Shown one piece after another: positions 55,292 through 64,000 of a stretch of 64,000 bases of DNA (position 1 is its first letter; the number at the start of each line of letters is the position of its first letter). The stretch lies in the NCBI GenBank assembly GCA_031399305.1, contig JANNOU010000098.1:1343-65342 (forward strand). Direction: 5' to 3'. Source of the stretch: Leptolyngbya sp. SOY_34_metabat_272. Its GTDB lineage: Bacteria > Cyanobacteriota > Cyanobacteriia > FACHB-261. The notes below the pieces were generated by a model. That model saw only the letters and a program-made list of their open reading frames with translations. It did no database searches and was not told the origin of the DNA. Position numbers and translations under genes: made by a program.

Positions 55292-56253
55292 TGCTGGGGT
55301 GGCAAATGCAGCATAGAAAAGATCTAGACACTGTGGCTGCGGTAACCTAAACCTACACACCAGCCTTGCGACCGCTGTTTCCACATAAACTGCCGTACAG
55401 ACAAGAACTCTGAGGGGGGGACTCCTCAGAACCAAGCAATTAACTTTCCCTGAAACCAACCAAGCCTAAGAATTTCAACAGGCTGCCTGCCACAAATCTG
55501 GAGTCCAGAGCATCGCTGACTGTCGTGAACACAACGGCTTTTGACTGCTCACCTGGCTTGGTTTTTCAGATGTGGTAACACATCCATATTCACCCTGAGT
55601 AGTTACCACCGTACGCAAGATTGTGGCACAGGCAACCCTGCTCGTGTCAATCCGAGTTCATCACCTTACAACTTTTATGACTTTCGTGCTCTAACTTTTA
55701 TAACTTTTATAGCTTTTTTCTGACTAGGTTCTCGTCCGGAGTCTACGATTGTCAACCTCGAGCTATGCAACGAGAGGCTGAGCAGCGGACTGATCGGAGA
55801 GAGGATCCGGGGAGTCCGCAACCAGATCATATGTCGAAATAGGCGTCTCTCCACCCTATTATCCTGCGGATTGAATACTCAAAAAAATAACGCGCTCACA
55901 CTCAAGAAATGACAGCACTTCTATCTAAGCGAGGAATTTCCATGTCCATGGCCACCTAGTCAGATTGCAAGAGATAGAGCTGGCTGCTTCAGACCCATCC
56001 TCATGAGAGTTTTATATCCCCTCTTTCAAGTTTGAGCGGGCTGTGGTCGTAGTTCACACCCCGATAAATTAGCGTTGTGCTCTGCATGACGTGCCTCTTA
56101 GTAATCTTGCAGAATTGATTTCCGCCTCTGAATAAATCAACTCTGTTACTCGGGACAAAAGCAGTCGATGTCTATAAATCGAGGAAAATTATGGGTTTCT
56201 CTCTGGCAGCTCAGTGCTTGATTTTCTCTATGTTTTTCCGTACAAAATACCCT

Positions 56254-57141
56254 TCAGGCGGTAGGCAATTCAGCCAGCCAGTTCAGAATCAGGAGGTTCA
56301 CCACTTCGGGGCGCTCGTCGTGTGGGCAGTGGCCGGTATCGGCAATGGGCACAAACTGCACGCGGTCAGTGTATTGCCGGTAGAGTTGCCCCCGGCCGAT
56401 TGGCGTCCAGGGGTCGGCTTCGCCCCAGAGCACGAGCAAGGGGCAGCTGACCTTGGGTAGCAATTCTTCGGGGCTGGGGCCGGGGGGCGCGGCGAGAACC
56501 GAGGCGAACACTTGCTGCGCGCCGGGATCGCAGGAGGGCTCGTACAACAGATCGACCAGCTCATCGGTGACGGCCTCGCGGTTGCGGTAGACCTGCTGTA
56601 GGGTGCCGCGAATGCGGAACTTCTGGCGAATCTGATTGAACATAAACGGCCCAAACACTTTGGAGGTCACCAGTTTGCCGAAGGCTGACATCACCAAGCG
56701 CAGAGGCGGATTTAGCTCGTGGGGGCGGTGGTTGAGCCCCCCAGCGCAGTTGAGCAACACGCCACCCGCCGCGATTTCTGGGTGGTTGGCGACGACCATC
56801 AGGCTCAGCAGTGCGCCGATCGAGTTGCCGACAAACACGGCGGGCTCCTGCACCTGGGCGGTCCAGAAGTCTTGGAGCAACGCTTCCCACAGCTCTAGGC
56901 TGTAGGCCAGAGGCGGCTTGTCGGAACCACCAAAGCCCAGCAGATCCAATGCATATACCCGATAGCCTGCGTCTGCCAGCACGGGGATGTTCTTGCGCCA
57001 GTGACCGAGCGCGGCTCCAAAGCCGTGAACCAAAATCAAGGGCCGTCCGCTGCCCATCACGGTGTACTGAATCTTGTGGCCTTGCCAAGTCCAGGTGAGT
57101 TTTTCGAAGCTGCTGAGTGTGGGAAGTTGCTGGGTAGTCAC
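56254..57141 (-). CDS. Alpha/beta-fold hydrolase
   Basis: LILVHGFGAALGHWRKN (oxyanion region), nucleophile elbow GNSIGAL, C-terminal GHCPHDE. Confidence 0.88.
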   Translation of the reverse strand: MTTQQLPTLSSFEKLTWTWQGHKIQYTVMGSGRPLILVHGFGAALGHWRKNIPVLADAGYRVYALDLLGFGGSDKPPLAYSLELWEALLQDFWTAQVQEPAVFVGNSIGALLSLMVVANHPEIAAGGVLLNCAGGLNHRPHELNPPLRLVMSAFGKLVTSKVFGPFMFNQIRQKFRIRGTLQQVYRNREAVTDELVDLLYEPSCDPGAQQVFASVLAAPPGPSPEELLPKVSCPLLVLWGEADPWTPIGRGQLYRQYTDRVQFVPIADTGHCPHDERPEVVNLLILNWLAELPTA

Positions 57142-57360
57142 TAGCGTTTTGTAAAGTTTTGCGAACTGACTTCAGTTTAACGCACTCTTGCTGGCTTCAA
57201 AGACCCCGACAAACTCAGCTTCGGGCAGGGCACGTTTTAGAATCTGCCGATGACCTTCAGCCAAGTGATCGGTCTGAGGCAGATCTCAGTCGGCACTCGG
57301 TCATTCCAGCTTCGAGCTGCGTCATCCTAGATCAGGGATAGAACGTTTTATAGATTGGTT

Positions 57361-58584
57361 ATGAAAATCTTGGTGCTGAATGCAGGATCGAGCAGTCAAA
57401 AAAGCTGTTTGTATGAGTTGGCTGGTGACGCGTTGCCCGAGCAGCCGCCCGAGCCGCTCTGGACTGCTCAGATCGATTGGAGCCATCGCTCGGACCTGGC
57501 AGAGCTGAAGGTCAAAACGGCTCAAGGCGCTGCCCTCACAACAGAACTCCCGCTGGAATCTCGCGCTTCGGTGATGGAGCAGCTGCTCCAAACGCTTTGG
57601 AGCGGTTCTACACAAGTCATTGCAGCCCCCACAGAGATCAACGTGGTGGGTCATCGGGTGGTGCATGGCGGCCAGGAATATCGCGAGAGCACTCAGATTA
57701 CGCCAGACGTGAAAGCGACCATCGCTCGTTTGGCTGTGCTGGCCCCTGCGCATAATCCTGCCAATTTAGAGGGGATCGAAGCCGTTGAGCAGAGCCTGGG
57801 CACAGTACCGCAGGTGGCGGTTTTTGACACCGCCTTTCATAGCCAGATGCCCTTGCAGGCGGTGGTCTATCCCATTGCCTATGAATGGTTTGAGCGGGGC
57901 CTTCGTCGCTACGGCTTTCACGGCATTAGCCATCAGTATGTCGCTACCCGCACCGCCCAACTGCTTGGCAAGCCCCTGGATGGTTTGCGCCTGATTACCT
58001 GTCATTTGGGCAACGGCTGCTCTCTGGCGGCGATTGCCCAGGGACGCAGCATCGACACCAGCATGGGGTTCACACCTTTGGAGGGACTCATGATGGGCAC
58101 TCGCTCTGGCTCGGTTGACCCTGGCCTGTTGATCCATCTCCTGCAGCAACACCACCTGGATGCTCAGCAACTCGATGATCTGCTCAATCGTCAGTCCGGC
58201 TTGAAAGGCGTCTCGGGGGTCTCGGGGGATATGCGGCAGATCCTGGCGGCAATTGCCCAAGGCAATTCAAGAGCGAAGCTGGCCTTAGAGGTTTATGTCT
58301 ATCGGCTGCGAGCTCAGATCAGTGCCCTACTACCGGCGCTGGGCGGCCTAGACGCGCTGGTGTTCACCGGCGGCGTGGGTGAAAATTCCGAAGTGGTCAG
58401 AGCTGGGGTTTGTGAAGGCTTGAACTGGCTGGGCGTGCAACTGAACTCAGCGCAAAATCTGTCCCATCCCGTCGATCAAGATATTGCAACCCCGGACTCC
58501 GCCGCACGCGTGCTGGTAGTCCACACACAAGAAGATTGGGCGATTGCTCAGGAATGCTGGCGGCTGGGAGACCGGTCCGCCTGA
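57361..58584 (+). CDS. ackA: Acetate kinase
   Basis: MKILVLNAGSSSQKSCLYEL...VGHRVVHGG...FDTAFH...YGFHGISH...HLGNGCS...TGGVGENS. Confidence 0.95.
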   Translation: MKILVLNAGSSSQKSCLYELAGDALPEQPPEPLWTAQIDWSHRSDLAELKVKTAQGAALTTELPLESRASVMEQLLQTLWSGSTQVIAAPTEINVVGHRVVHGGQEYRESTQITPDVKATIARLAVLAPAHNPANLEGIEAVEQSLGTVPQVAVFDTAFHSQMPLQAVVYPIAYEWFERGLRRYGFHGISHQYVATRTAQLLGKPLDGLRLITCHLGNGCSLAAIAQGRSIDTSMGFTPLEGLMMGTRSGSVDPGLLIHLLQQHHLDAQQLDDLLNRQSGLKGVSGVSGDMRQILAAIAQGNSRAKLALEVYVYRLRAQISALLPALGGLDALVFTGGVGENSEVVRAGVCEGLNWLGVQLNSAQNLSHPVDQDIATPDSAARVLVVHTQEDWAIAQECWRLGDRSA

Positions 58585-58598
58585 GGGGGGTTGGGGGG

Positions 58599-59720
58599 TT
58601 AGTGCAGGCTGCCGCGTTTGCGCTGCTCCTGTTCAATCGCTTCGAACAGAGCCTGGAAGTTGCGTTCGCCAAAGCCGGGAGCCTGCGCCCGTCGCTCGAT
58701 AATTTCAAAGAAGAATGTGGGTTGGCCAAATAAGGGCTGCATGAAGATCTGGAGCAGCACTTGTTGCGGGGCTTCCTGCCGCCAGTCCACCAGAATCTGG
58801 GCGGCGGCCAGTGCCTCGAGATCAAGCTCCCAAGTGCTCAGACCCGAGCTCAGGTTGTGGCGAAGCTGCCGATAATAACCGGTCGGCACCTCCAGGAATT
58901 GGACTCCCCGCTGTCGCAATTGGCTGACCGTGCTCAGAATGTCCTGCGTCCGCAACGCCACATGCTGCACCCCCGGCCCCCGGTTGACCTCCAGAAATTC
59001 CTGGATCTGCGAGTTTGGCGTCGAGGGTTCATTGAGCGGGATCTGAATGGCATTCTCACCAAACACCATGACCTCGCTGCGCAGCGCAGAAGTCGGCGTC
59101 TTGATCTCGAAGCGATGCCCAGAGCGAAAGCCCAACACTTGGCCATACCAAGCTGCCACTGGCGTTAGCTCCCCCGCCGCCAGGTTGAGCACCAGGTGGT
59201 CAACCGCCGCCAAGCCAAGGCCGCCACTGGGCTGCGGCAGGCCGCGACAGGCCGGAAAGCCATAGCCGACACAGAGGTCGCCGCAATCCCGGCGCTCGAT
59301 CAGGCTGTAAGTCAAAGACCCCTGGGCCGCAATCGCGCCCCAGCGCCCAGAGCCCAACGCCTGCAACGGTTGGACCACCCGAGCGCCGCGCTGAGCCAAA
59401 ATCCGCAGACTGCGCTCAGCATCGTGGACACGCAGACCGATGCCCGCCACTCCAGGCGGATGCTGCCGCAGATAGCACGCTGCCGGTCCGCGCGCCCCCA
59501 GCGCAGACGAGAACACCATGCGCACCGCCCCCTGCTGAACCACTTGCGTCTGGGTCCAGGCATCGTCACTAGTCCCCGCCGCCGCAAACCCTAGATAGTC
59601 GACAAACCAATCGTGCCAGTGCTGGGCCGAGTCCACATAAAAGTGCAAATAGTCGATTCCCAGCAGCTCTAGCCCCTCAGACCCTGGGCTCAGATTCTTT
59701 AAGTCACTCACACGCTTCAC
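58599..59720 (-). CDS. hppD: 4-hydroxyphenylpyruvate dioxygenase
   Basis: IDYLHFYV..., PLNEPSTPNSQIQEFLEVNRGPGVQHVALRT, QIFMQPLFGQPTFFFEIIERR...GFGERNFQALFEAIEQEQ. GTG start. Confidence 0.9.
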   Translation of the reverse strand: MKRVSDLKNLSPGSEGLELLGIDYLHFYVDSAQHWHDWFVDYLGFAAAGTSDDAWTQTQVVQQGAVRMVFSSALGARGPAACYLRQHPPGVAGIGLRVHDAERSLRILAQRGARVVQPLQALGSGRWGAIAAQGSLTYSLIERRDCGDLCVGYGFPACRGLPQPSGGLGLAAVDHLVLNLAAGELTPVAAWYGQVLGFRSGHRFEIKTPTSALRSEVMVFGENAIQIPLNEPSTPNSQIQEFLEVNRGPGVQHVALRTQDILSTVSQLRQRGVQFLEVPTGYYRQLRHNLSSGLSTWELDLEALAAAQILVDWRQEAPQQVLLQIFMQPLFGQPTFFFEIIERRAQAPGFGERNFQALFEAIEQEQRKRGSLH

Positions 59721-59790
59721 TGCCCACCCTGGCTCACACAGGGCAGCTTAGCGGGCTGGGCCTGAAAGCGGAAGCATCACGAGGGAGATC

Positions 59791-60054
59791 TCAGTCCTCG
59801 GACTGGCGATGGCGGTAGAACACCCAGCCCAGCGAGAACAGCATCCCCGCTGCCGCCAACAAGGCCACCAGCCCGAGCAGGAGCAGCAGCCGTTGCTGCA
59901 CAGGCCAGTCCCGCTGCTGCTGGAGCCAGTGGAAACTGAAGCTGGCAAAGGGAGTCGCGACCAGCGAGTAATAAATCCCCGGCAACACCAGCGAAGCCAG
60001 CAGCGACTTGGCAGGCAGGCTAGGGCGTAGGGGCGAAATCTGGTGTTGGGCCAT
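59791..60054 (-). CDS. Small hypothetical membrane protein
   Basis: 87-aa ATG ORF with two hydrophobic helices. I recognise no family. Confidence 0.4.
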   Translation of the reverse strand: MAQHQISPLRPSLPAKSLLASLVLPGIYYSLVATPFASFSFHWLQQQRDWPVQQRLLLLLGLVALLAAAGMLFSLGWVFYRHRQSED

Positions 60055-60238
60055 GGTTCAAGCAGATGATTCCTGGCTGGCTTCCTGGGTCTATGTTCAA
60101 CCTTAGGGCTGGGCTTGCATAGCGTCGCAGCGGGCTTCGTTACAGTTCGTTAGACCCAGGCCTCAGAGGGGCGTGGGTGTGAGCCTACGGACGGCCCAAC
60201 CGCGACAGAAACTGGTGGCTCTAGGCATCAATTGGGGC

Positions 60239-60500
60239 TGCGAGGCCGAAGGCAGCAGTCCTGAGCTCGACACCTCACGCTCGCAGGCCGAAATTCCAGG
60301 TCCTGAGCTCGGCACTTGCCGGTCTGGGCTCCAGACGCTAGCCGCCGAGGTCAAAGTTTCAAGCGCGCAGCCGCGACCGCCGAGCATTGAAGCCAAATCG
60401 TCGATTGCTGAGCCCCACCTCTCAAGCGTGGAGCTTGGCATGCGGAGCTGCGCGCCAGAACTCAGCCGAATTGTTGCTCAGTTGCCTCCGAGGAACGCGG
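60239..60500 (+). repeat. Phased repeat island D (21-bp spacing with 14/28-bp steps, i.e. a 7-bp lattice; 42-bp super-unit)
   Basis: Cores tgcgagg 60239, cctgagc 60260, tcgcagg 60281, cctgagc 60302, tctgggc 60323, gccgagg 60344, gcgcagc 60365, gccgagc 60379, gctgagc 60407, gtggagc 60428, gcggagc 60442. Every interval is a multiple of 7. Confidence 0.8.
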
Positions 60501-60542
60501 CTATGATAGGTCAAACATGTGCTCGTGTAGAGGGCTCTTGGC

Positions 60543-62357
60543 ATGAGGCGATTCTGGGTTTTGTGTGTGCTCGTGGCGGGGCTATTTGGCCTCCTGGGGC
60601 TGGGTGCGGGTCTGGCGCGCAATAGCACCGCCGCCCCCTACAACAGTATTACGATCAACTTCCGCGATGACCTAGGGCCGACACAACTGGCCTCTCAGGT
60701 GGTAGAGATCAGCCGTCAGTTTGACGTCTCGCTGCGTCCGAACAGCATCTTTTCCAGCTGGGAGCACCTCTACACGCTGAGCTTTGACCCGTCGAGAACC
60801 GATCCCAAGCAGTTGCTGCGGCAGCTCAATCGGGCTAAGGCCTTCGCTGGAACCATCGAGTACGCCGAGCCCGACTACCGCTACTCAATCGCCGACTTCC
60901 CCAACGATCCGCTCTACCAGCAGCAGTGGAACTTCCGAGCCATCGACCTCGCCAAAGCCTGGAAATCCTCTACGGGTCAAGGGGTGACGGTTGCGGTGAT
61001 TGACACTGGCGTTGCCGCAGTGCCGGATCTGAACCAGGAGCAGTTGGTCGAGGGCTATGACTTTGTCAACGACGACACCGACGCCAGTGACGACAATGGG
61101 CACGGCACCCACGTCGCGGGCACGGTCGCCCAGGCCACCAACAACGCCTACGGGGTGGCCGGCATTGCCTACGACGCCAAACTGATGCCGCTCAAGGTCC
61201 TGGATGAAGGCGGCTCGGGCACAACGGCAGACATCGCCGAAGCCATTGTCTACGCTGCCGACAACAGCGCAGACATCATTAATATGAGCCTGGGTGGCGC
61301 TGGCGAGAGCCAGGTGATGCGCGACGCCATCGACTACGCCTACAACAAAGGCGTGCTGCTGGTGGCCGCAGCGGGCAACAGCAATTCCAGCTCGGTCAGC
61401 TATCCCGCTCGCTATGAGCACGTGGTCGGCGTGTCCGCGCTCGGCCCCGAAGGCGGTAGAGCCCCTTACTCCAACTACGGCGCAGGCGTGGATCTCTCGG
61501 CTCCAGGCGGTGCGCTGCCAGTCGGTGGCATTTTGCAGAACACAATCGACGGCGAGGGTGGCAGCTTGTTCGCCGCCTACCAGGGCACCAGCATGGCCTC
61601 GCCCCACGTCGCAGGAGTTGCGGCGCTGGTTAAAGCGGCAGGGGTCGAGCAGCCAGATGAGATTCTAGCGGTGCTCAAGCGCTCGGCCCGCGCCGTGGAC
61701 AACGACAATCTCAACTACTACGGCGCAGGCAAGCTGGACGCGGGACAGGCCCTTGAAGAGGCGCTGCACGGCACAGTCGATTGGCGCGATTTCCTGCGCT
61801 GGCTCAGCGAAAGCGGCTACCTCAATCCGCGCTTCTGGTTTGACGGCGGAGTCGTAGCCATCCTGCCCAAGCTCGCCATGATCCTGGTTTCCTACCTGAT
61901 TGCCCGCCTGTTGCCTCGACTGATCGGCGCGGTCAGTCTTTGGTCGGCCCCGATGGTCGGCGGCATGGTTTTCGGCAGCACTGGCTTGTTTTTGCTGCGC
62001 GGTCTGTTTATCTTCGACTTCCCGCAGTGGCCGCTGCGAGTCGCGGGCAGTTCGCTGCCAGAGCTAGGCAACGCCATCCAGGGTACTGCCCTGCTCAACC
62101 CAGTGTTCGCCAGTGTGATTCTGCCCTTTGTGCTGGCAATGTTCCTGCTGGGCAATCCGACCGGACGTGGCTTTGTCACGGGCCTCAGCATTGGAGTGGG
62201 CTCGTTCCTATTAGTGAGCGGCTGTCTGTTGAGTGCGCCGACGCTCTTGTGGTTCCCCGACCCGGGACTGATCACGCGGGGCTTCCTGCTGGTCAACGCA
62301 GGGCTGTGCTACGGTCTCGCCTACCTCAGTGCCCAAGCCAGGACCGAAGCGGTATGA
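60543..62357 (+). CDS. S8 (subtilisin) family serine peptidase with C-terminal polytopic membrane domain
   Basis: Catalytic triad motifs VAVIDTGV, HGTHVAGT, GTSMASPHVAG, and a signal/anchor at the N-terminus. The last ~170 aa form about 5-6 hydrophobic helices. Confidence 0.9.
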   Translation: MRRFWVLCVLVAGLFGLLGLGAGLARNSTAAPYNSITINFRDDLGPTQLASQVVEISRQFDVSLRPNSIFSSWEHLYTLSFDPSRTDPKQLLRQLNRAKAFAGTIEYAEPDYRYSIADFPNDPLYQQQWNFRAIDLAKAWKSSTGQGVTVAVIDTGVAAVPDLNQEQLVEGYDFVNDDTDASDDNGHGTHVAGTVAQATNNAYGVAGIAYDAKLMPLKVLDEGGSGTTADIAEAIVYAADNSADIINMSLGGAGESQVMRDAIDYAYNKGVLLVAAAGNSNSSSVSYPARYEHVVGVSALGPEGGRAPYSNYGAGVDLSAPGGALPVGGILQNTIDGEGGSLFAAYQGTSMASPHVAGVAALVKAAGVEQPDEILAVLKRSARAVDNDNLNYYGAGKLDAGQALEEALHGTVDWRDFLRWLSESGYLNPRFWFDGGVVAILPKLAMILVSYLIARLLPRLIGAVSLWSAPMVGGMVFGSTGLFLLRGLFIFDFPQWPLRVAGSSLPELGNAIQGTALLNPVFASVILPFVLAMFLLGNPTGRGFVTGLSIGVGSFLLVSGCLLSAPTLLWFPDPGLITRGFLLVNAGLCYGLAYLSAQARTEAV

Positions 62358-62575
62358 GTCAGACCTTCACCGGCACGGTCACCCACGTCAAGCTAGGCGC
62401 AGGAGCCTGGACTCTGCAGGCAGCAGACGGCAACCAATATCAGCTGCTCAAGCCACCGGCTGAGCTCAAAAAAGAGGGTCTAGAGGTCGAGATCAAGGGC
62501 AAGATCCGTGATGACGTGGTGACCACCGCGATGATCGGGCCAGTGTTAGAGGTGGAGTCCTTCAAAACCAGATGA
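62354..62575 (+). CDS. Small beta-rich protein (DUF5818-like), translationally coupled to the S8 peptidase
   Basis: MSQTFTGTVTHVKLGAGAWTLQAADGNQYQLLKPPAELKKEGLEVEIKGKIRDDVVTTAMIGPVLEVESF. The ATGA start/stop overlaps the upstream gene. The family name is from memory. Confidence 0.55.
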   Translation: MSQTFTGTVTHVKLGAGAWTLQAADGNQYQLLKPPAELKKEGLEVEIKGKIRDDVVTTAMIGPVLEVESFKTR

Positions 62576-62638
62576 GCGCCCAATGAGCGCCTAATGAGTG
62601 AAGGATAGGCAAGCTGAGCTGGCAGTGCTAACCTCAGC

Positions 62639-63952
62639 TTGCATCCTCACTCAAAACCCTTGTCTGTTCTGTTTGCCCCGTCCTACTTCAGTGCCTTTGC
62701 GCAAGGAATTCTGGGAGCGTCGAGCCTAGTCCTGGGAGCTTTGCTGGGCACTCACTGGCAACCTAGCCGCAAATTCTCAGCGGCGATCTTGGCCTTTGGC
62801 AGCGGTACGTTGCTGTCGGCGATTGCTTTTGAAATCACGGCGAAGGCCTATCGGGGCAGCGGTTTCTGGCCGTTGCTGGTTGGGTTTGTCTTGGGCGGTG
62901 GCCTGTTCACCGTGGCGACTGGCTACGTCGATCAGCAGGGAGGGTTTTTGCGCAAGCCCGCCTCCCGTCGCCGTTATCTGTTTGAACAACGCCAGGAAGA
63001 GACTTCAGAAGTCCTAGACCGCATCGCCCAGGTAGAAGTTATCCGCCACCTGCCCCCCGCCGAGCTGCAGGCGATTGTGCCGCTGCTGCGGCCTTTGCAA
63101 GCCCAGCCCAAGGAAGTGCTCTGTCGGGAGGGAACTTCCGGCGATGCCTTTTACATGATCGTCAGCGGTGAGGCCGAGGTCCTCAAAGGGCGAAAAGTGA
63201 TCGCGGTGCTGGGACCTGGACAGGTGTTTGGCGAAATGGCGCTCCTGACCGGCGAGCCTCGCTCTGCAACCGTCGTCGCCCGCACGCCGATGGAGCTGTA
63301 TCAGCTGCGGCAGGAGCATTTTGACCAATTGCTGGGCTGCTCGCCGCACTTGGCCGGAGCCCTTAGCCGTGCTCTAGCGCAGCGGCTGCGTTCTGCCACT
63401 GCCTCTCAGGCCCAAGCTGAACACAACCTGGACCGCTGGCGACAGCAGGTACTCGACAGCGCCGAACTCGATTTTCCGCCGGTGGAGGAGCAGGCTCGCT
63501 TGCAAGAGCTGGTCAAGCGCTCAGCGCCGCTGGCGATTTTGATCGGCACTTTGATTGATAGCATTCCAGAGTCCACGGTGATCGGCATGACTGCGGGGGG
63601 GCAGCACTTTAACGGCTCCTTTTTGCTGGCGGTGTTTATCTCCAACTTCCCAGAAGCTCTATCGAGCGCCGTGGGCATGAAACAGTCTGGAACCCGGCCT
63701 CGTCAGATCCTCGGGTTGTGGCTTGGGGTGGTGGTGATCAGCGGCCTATGTGCCGTATTGGGTAAGCTGCTGGAGAACAGTGCCTCGGGTTTGGTGGTTG
63801 CCCTAGCTCAGTCGATCTCCGGTGGTGCGATCCTGGCAATGTTGGCCAGTACGATGATGCCCGAAGCCTATGAGCTGGGCGGGGGCTCGGTTGCCTTTTC
63901 GACAATTCTGGGCTTCCTGACCGGGTTTCTCGTCTCCTCACCCCAGCTCTGA
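62639..63952 (+). CDS. ZIP-like metal permease with an embedded cyclic-nucleotide-binding domain
   Basis: N-terminal TMs (LAFGSGTLLSAIAFEIT) and C-terminal TMs with ISNFPEALSSAVGM (an HNxPEG-like ZIP motif). The central domain CREGTSGDAFYMIVSGEAEVL...GPGQVFGEMALLTGEPRSATVVA is a cNMP-binding fold. The TTG start is uncertain. Confidence 0.7.
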   Translation: MHPHSKPLSVLFAPSYFSAFAQGILGASSLVLGALLGTHWQPSRKFSAAILAFGSGTLLSAIAFEITAKAYRGSGFWPLLVGFVLGGGLFTVATGYVDQQGGFLRKPASRRRYLFEQRQEETSEVLDRIAQVEVIRHLPPAELQAIVPLLRPLQAQPKEVLCREGTSGDAFYMIVSGEAEVLKGRKVIAVLGPGQVFGEMALLTGEPRSATVVARTPMELYQLRQEHFDQLLGCSPHLAGALSRALAQRLRSATASQAQAEHNLDRWRQQVLDSAELDFPPVEEQARLQELVKRSAPLAILIGTLIDSIPESTVIGMTAGGQHFNGSFLLAVFISNFPEALSSAVGMKQSGTRPRQILGLWLGVVVISGLCAVLGKLLENSASGLVVALAQSISGGAILAMLASTMMPEAYELGGGSVAFSTILGFLTGFLVSSPQL

Positions 63953-64000
63953 TGCGATCGCTATCTGGATAAATAACCTCTGAGCAGGTCGGGGATTGCA

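Noticed and set aside
58581-58600. GGGGGG-TT-GGGGGG between the convergent ackA and HPPD genes as a G-quadruplex or regulatory element
   Set aside because: There are only two G-runs, which is insufficient for an intramolecular G4. It sits in a 14-bp convergent gap and is most likely incidental.
15329-60500. The phased repeat islands as CRISPR arrays
   Set aside because: The units are contiguous and degenerate with no unique spacers. The period is 21 bp rather than repeat-plus-spacer (~60-75 bp). No cas genes are in the window.
60885-61607. 240-aa minus-strand ORF
   Set aside because: It is an antisense shadow inside the S8 protease gene.
61940-62353. Upstream 138 codons of ORF 61940-62575
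   Set aside because: This part overlaps the S8 protease membrane domain out of frame, with Arg/Pro-rich noise. Only the last 73 codons, from ATG 62354, look like a real protein.
1-64000. Search by eye for tRNA, rRNA, RNase P RNA, tmRNA, transposase or integrase genes
   Set aside because: I found no T-loop (GGTTCGAATCC-like) context, no rRNA-like or GAGGAAAGTCC motifs, and no DDE or tyrosine-recombinase ORFs. I cannot exclude small ncRNAs in the three long AT-richer gaps (37.7-38.1, 41.5-42.2, 55.2-56.3 kb).

Overview
High-G+C, densely coding cyanobacterial chromosome segment. The assignment rests on petB-petD, chlH plus a GUN4-domain gene, ctpA, a cyanobacterial-type rne ending in RRRRRRSSA, and HIP1 octamers GCGATCGC at 31149, 40480 and 63954. 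I support about 50 protein genes. They are mostly housekeeping: purM, rlpA-like, phosphohexomutase, chlH, GUN4, mscS-type channel, cbiG-cobJ fusion, ssb, Cu-type P1B ATPase, petBD, ctpA, rne-rnhB, hemE, secA, ackA, HPPD and an S8 protease. I recognised no rRNA, tRNA, CRISPR array, transposase or integrase. Five things stand out. (1) The left ~4.6 kb is a visibly lower-G+C accessory block. It holds an HNH Type IV-like nuclease whose 3' end is duplicated 1.67 kb downstream as a synonymous-diverged remnant, an XRE regulator with two perfect TGTCACC-N6-GGTGACA operators, and two uncharacterised proteins. (2) Four separate intergenic islands (about 15.3, 33.7, 44.0 and 60.3 kb) consist of degenerate repeats phased at exactly 21 bp, on a 7-bp lattice, around a YCGAG/CYGAGC core. 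No annotated feature type explains them. (3) A complete pix/ptx-type phototaxis chemosensory operon occupies 44.2-55.2 kb. Its apparently soluble 1706-aa MCP carries seven GAF domains; six retain the bilin-binding Cys and two have an extra Cys-bearing insertion. Its CheA-REC hybrid carries two His-less Hpt-like repeats. (4) Several unusual architectures occur: a ZIP-like permease with an embedded cNMP-binding domain, an S8 protease with a polytopic C-terminal membrane domain, a PAS-only protein paralogous to the adjacent kinase, an AAA_35/STAND-like ATPase, and a PRK paralog lacking the redox cysteines. (5) Several short in-frame or boundary tandem repeats are present. All family names come from motif recognition by eye. 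No HMM or BLAST search could be run.
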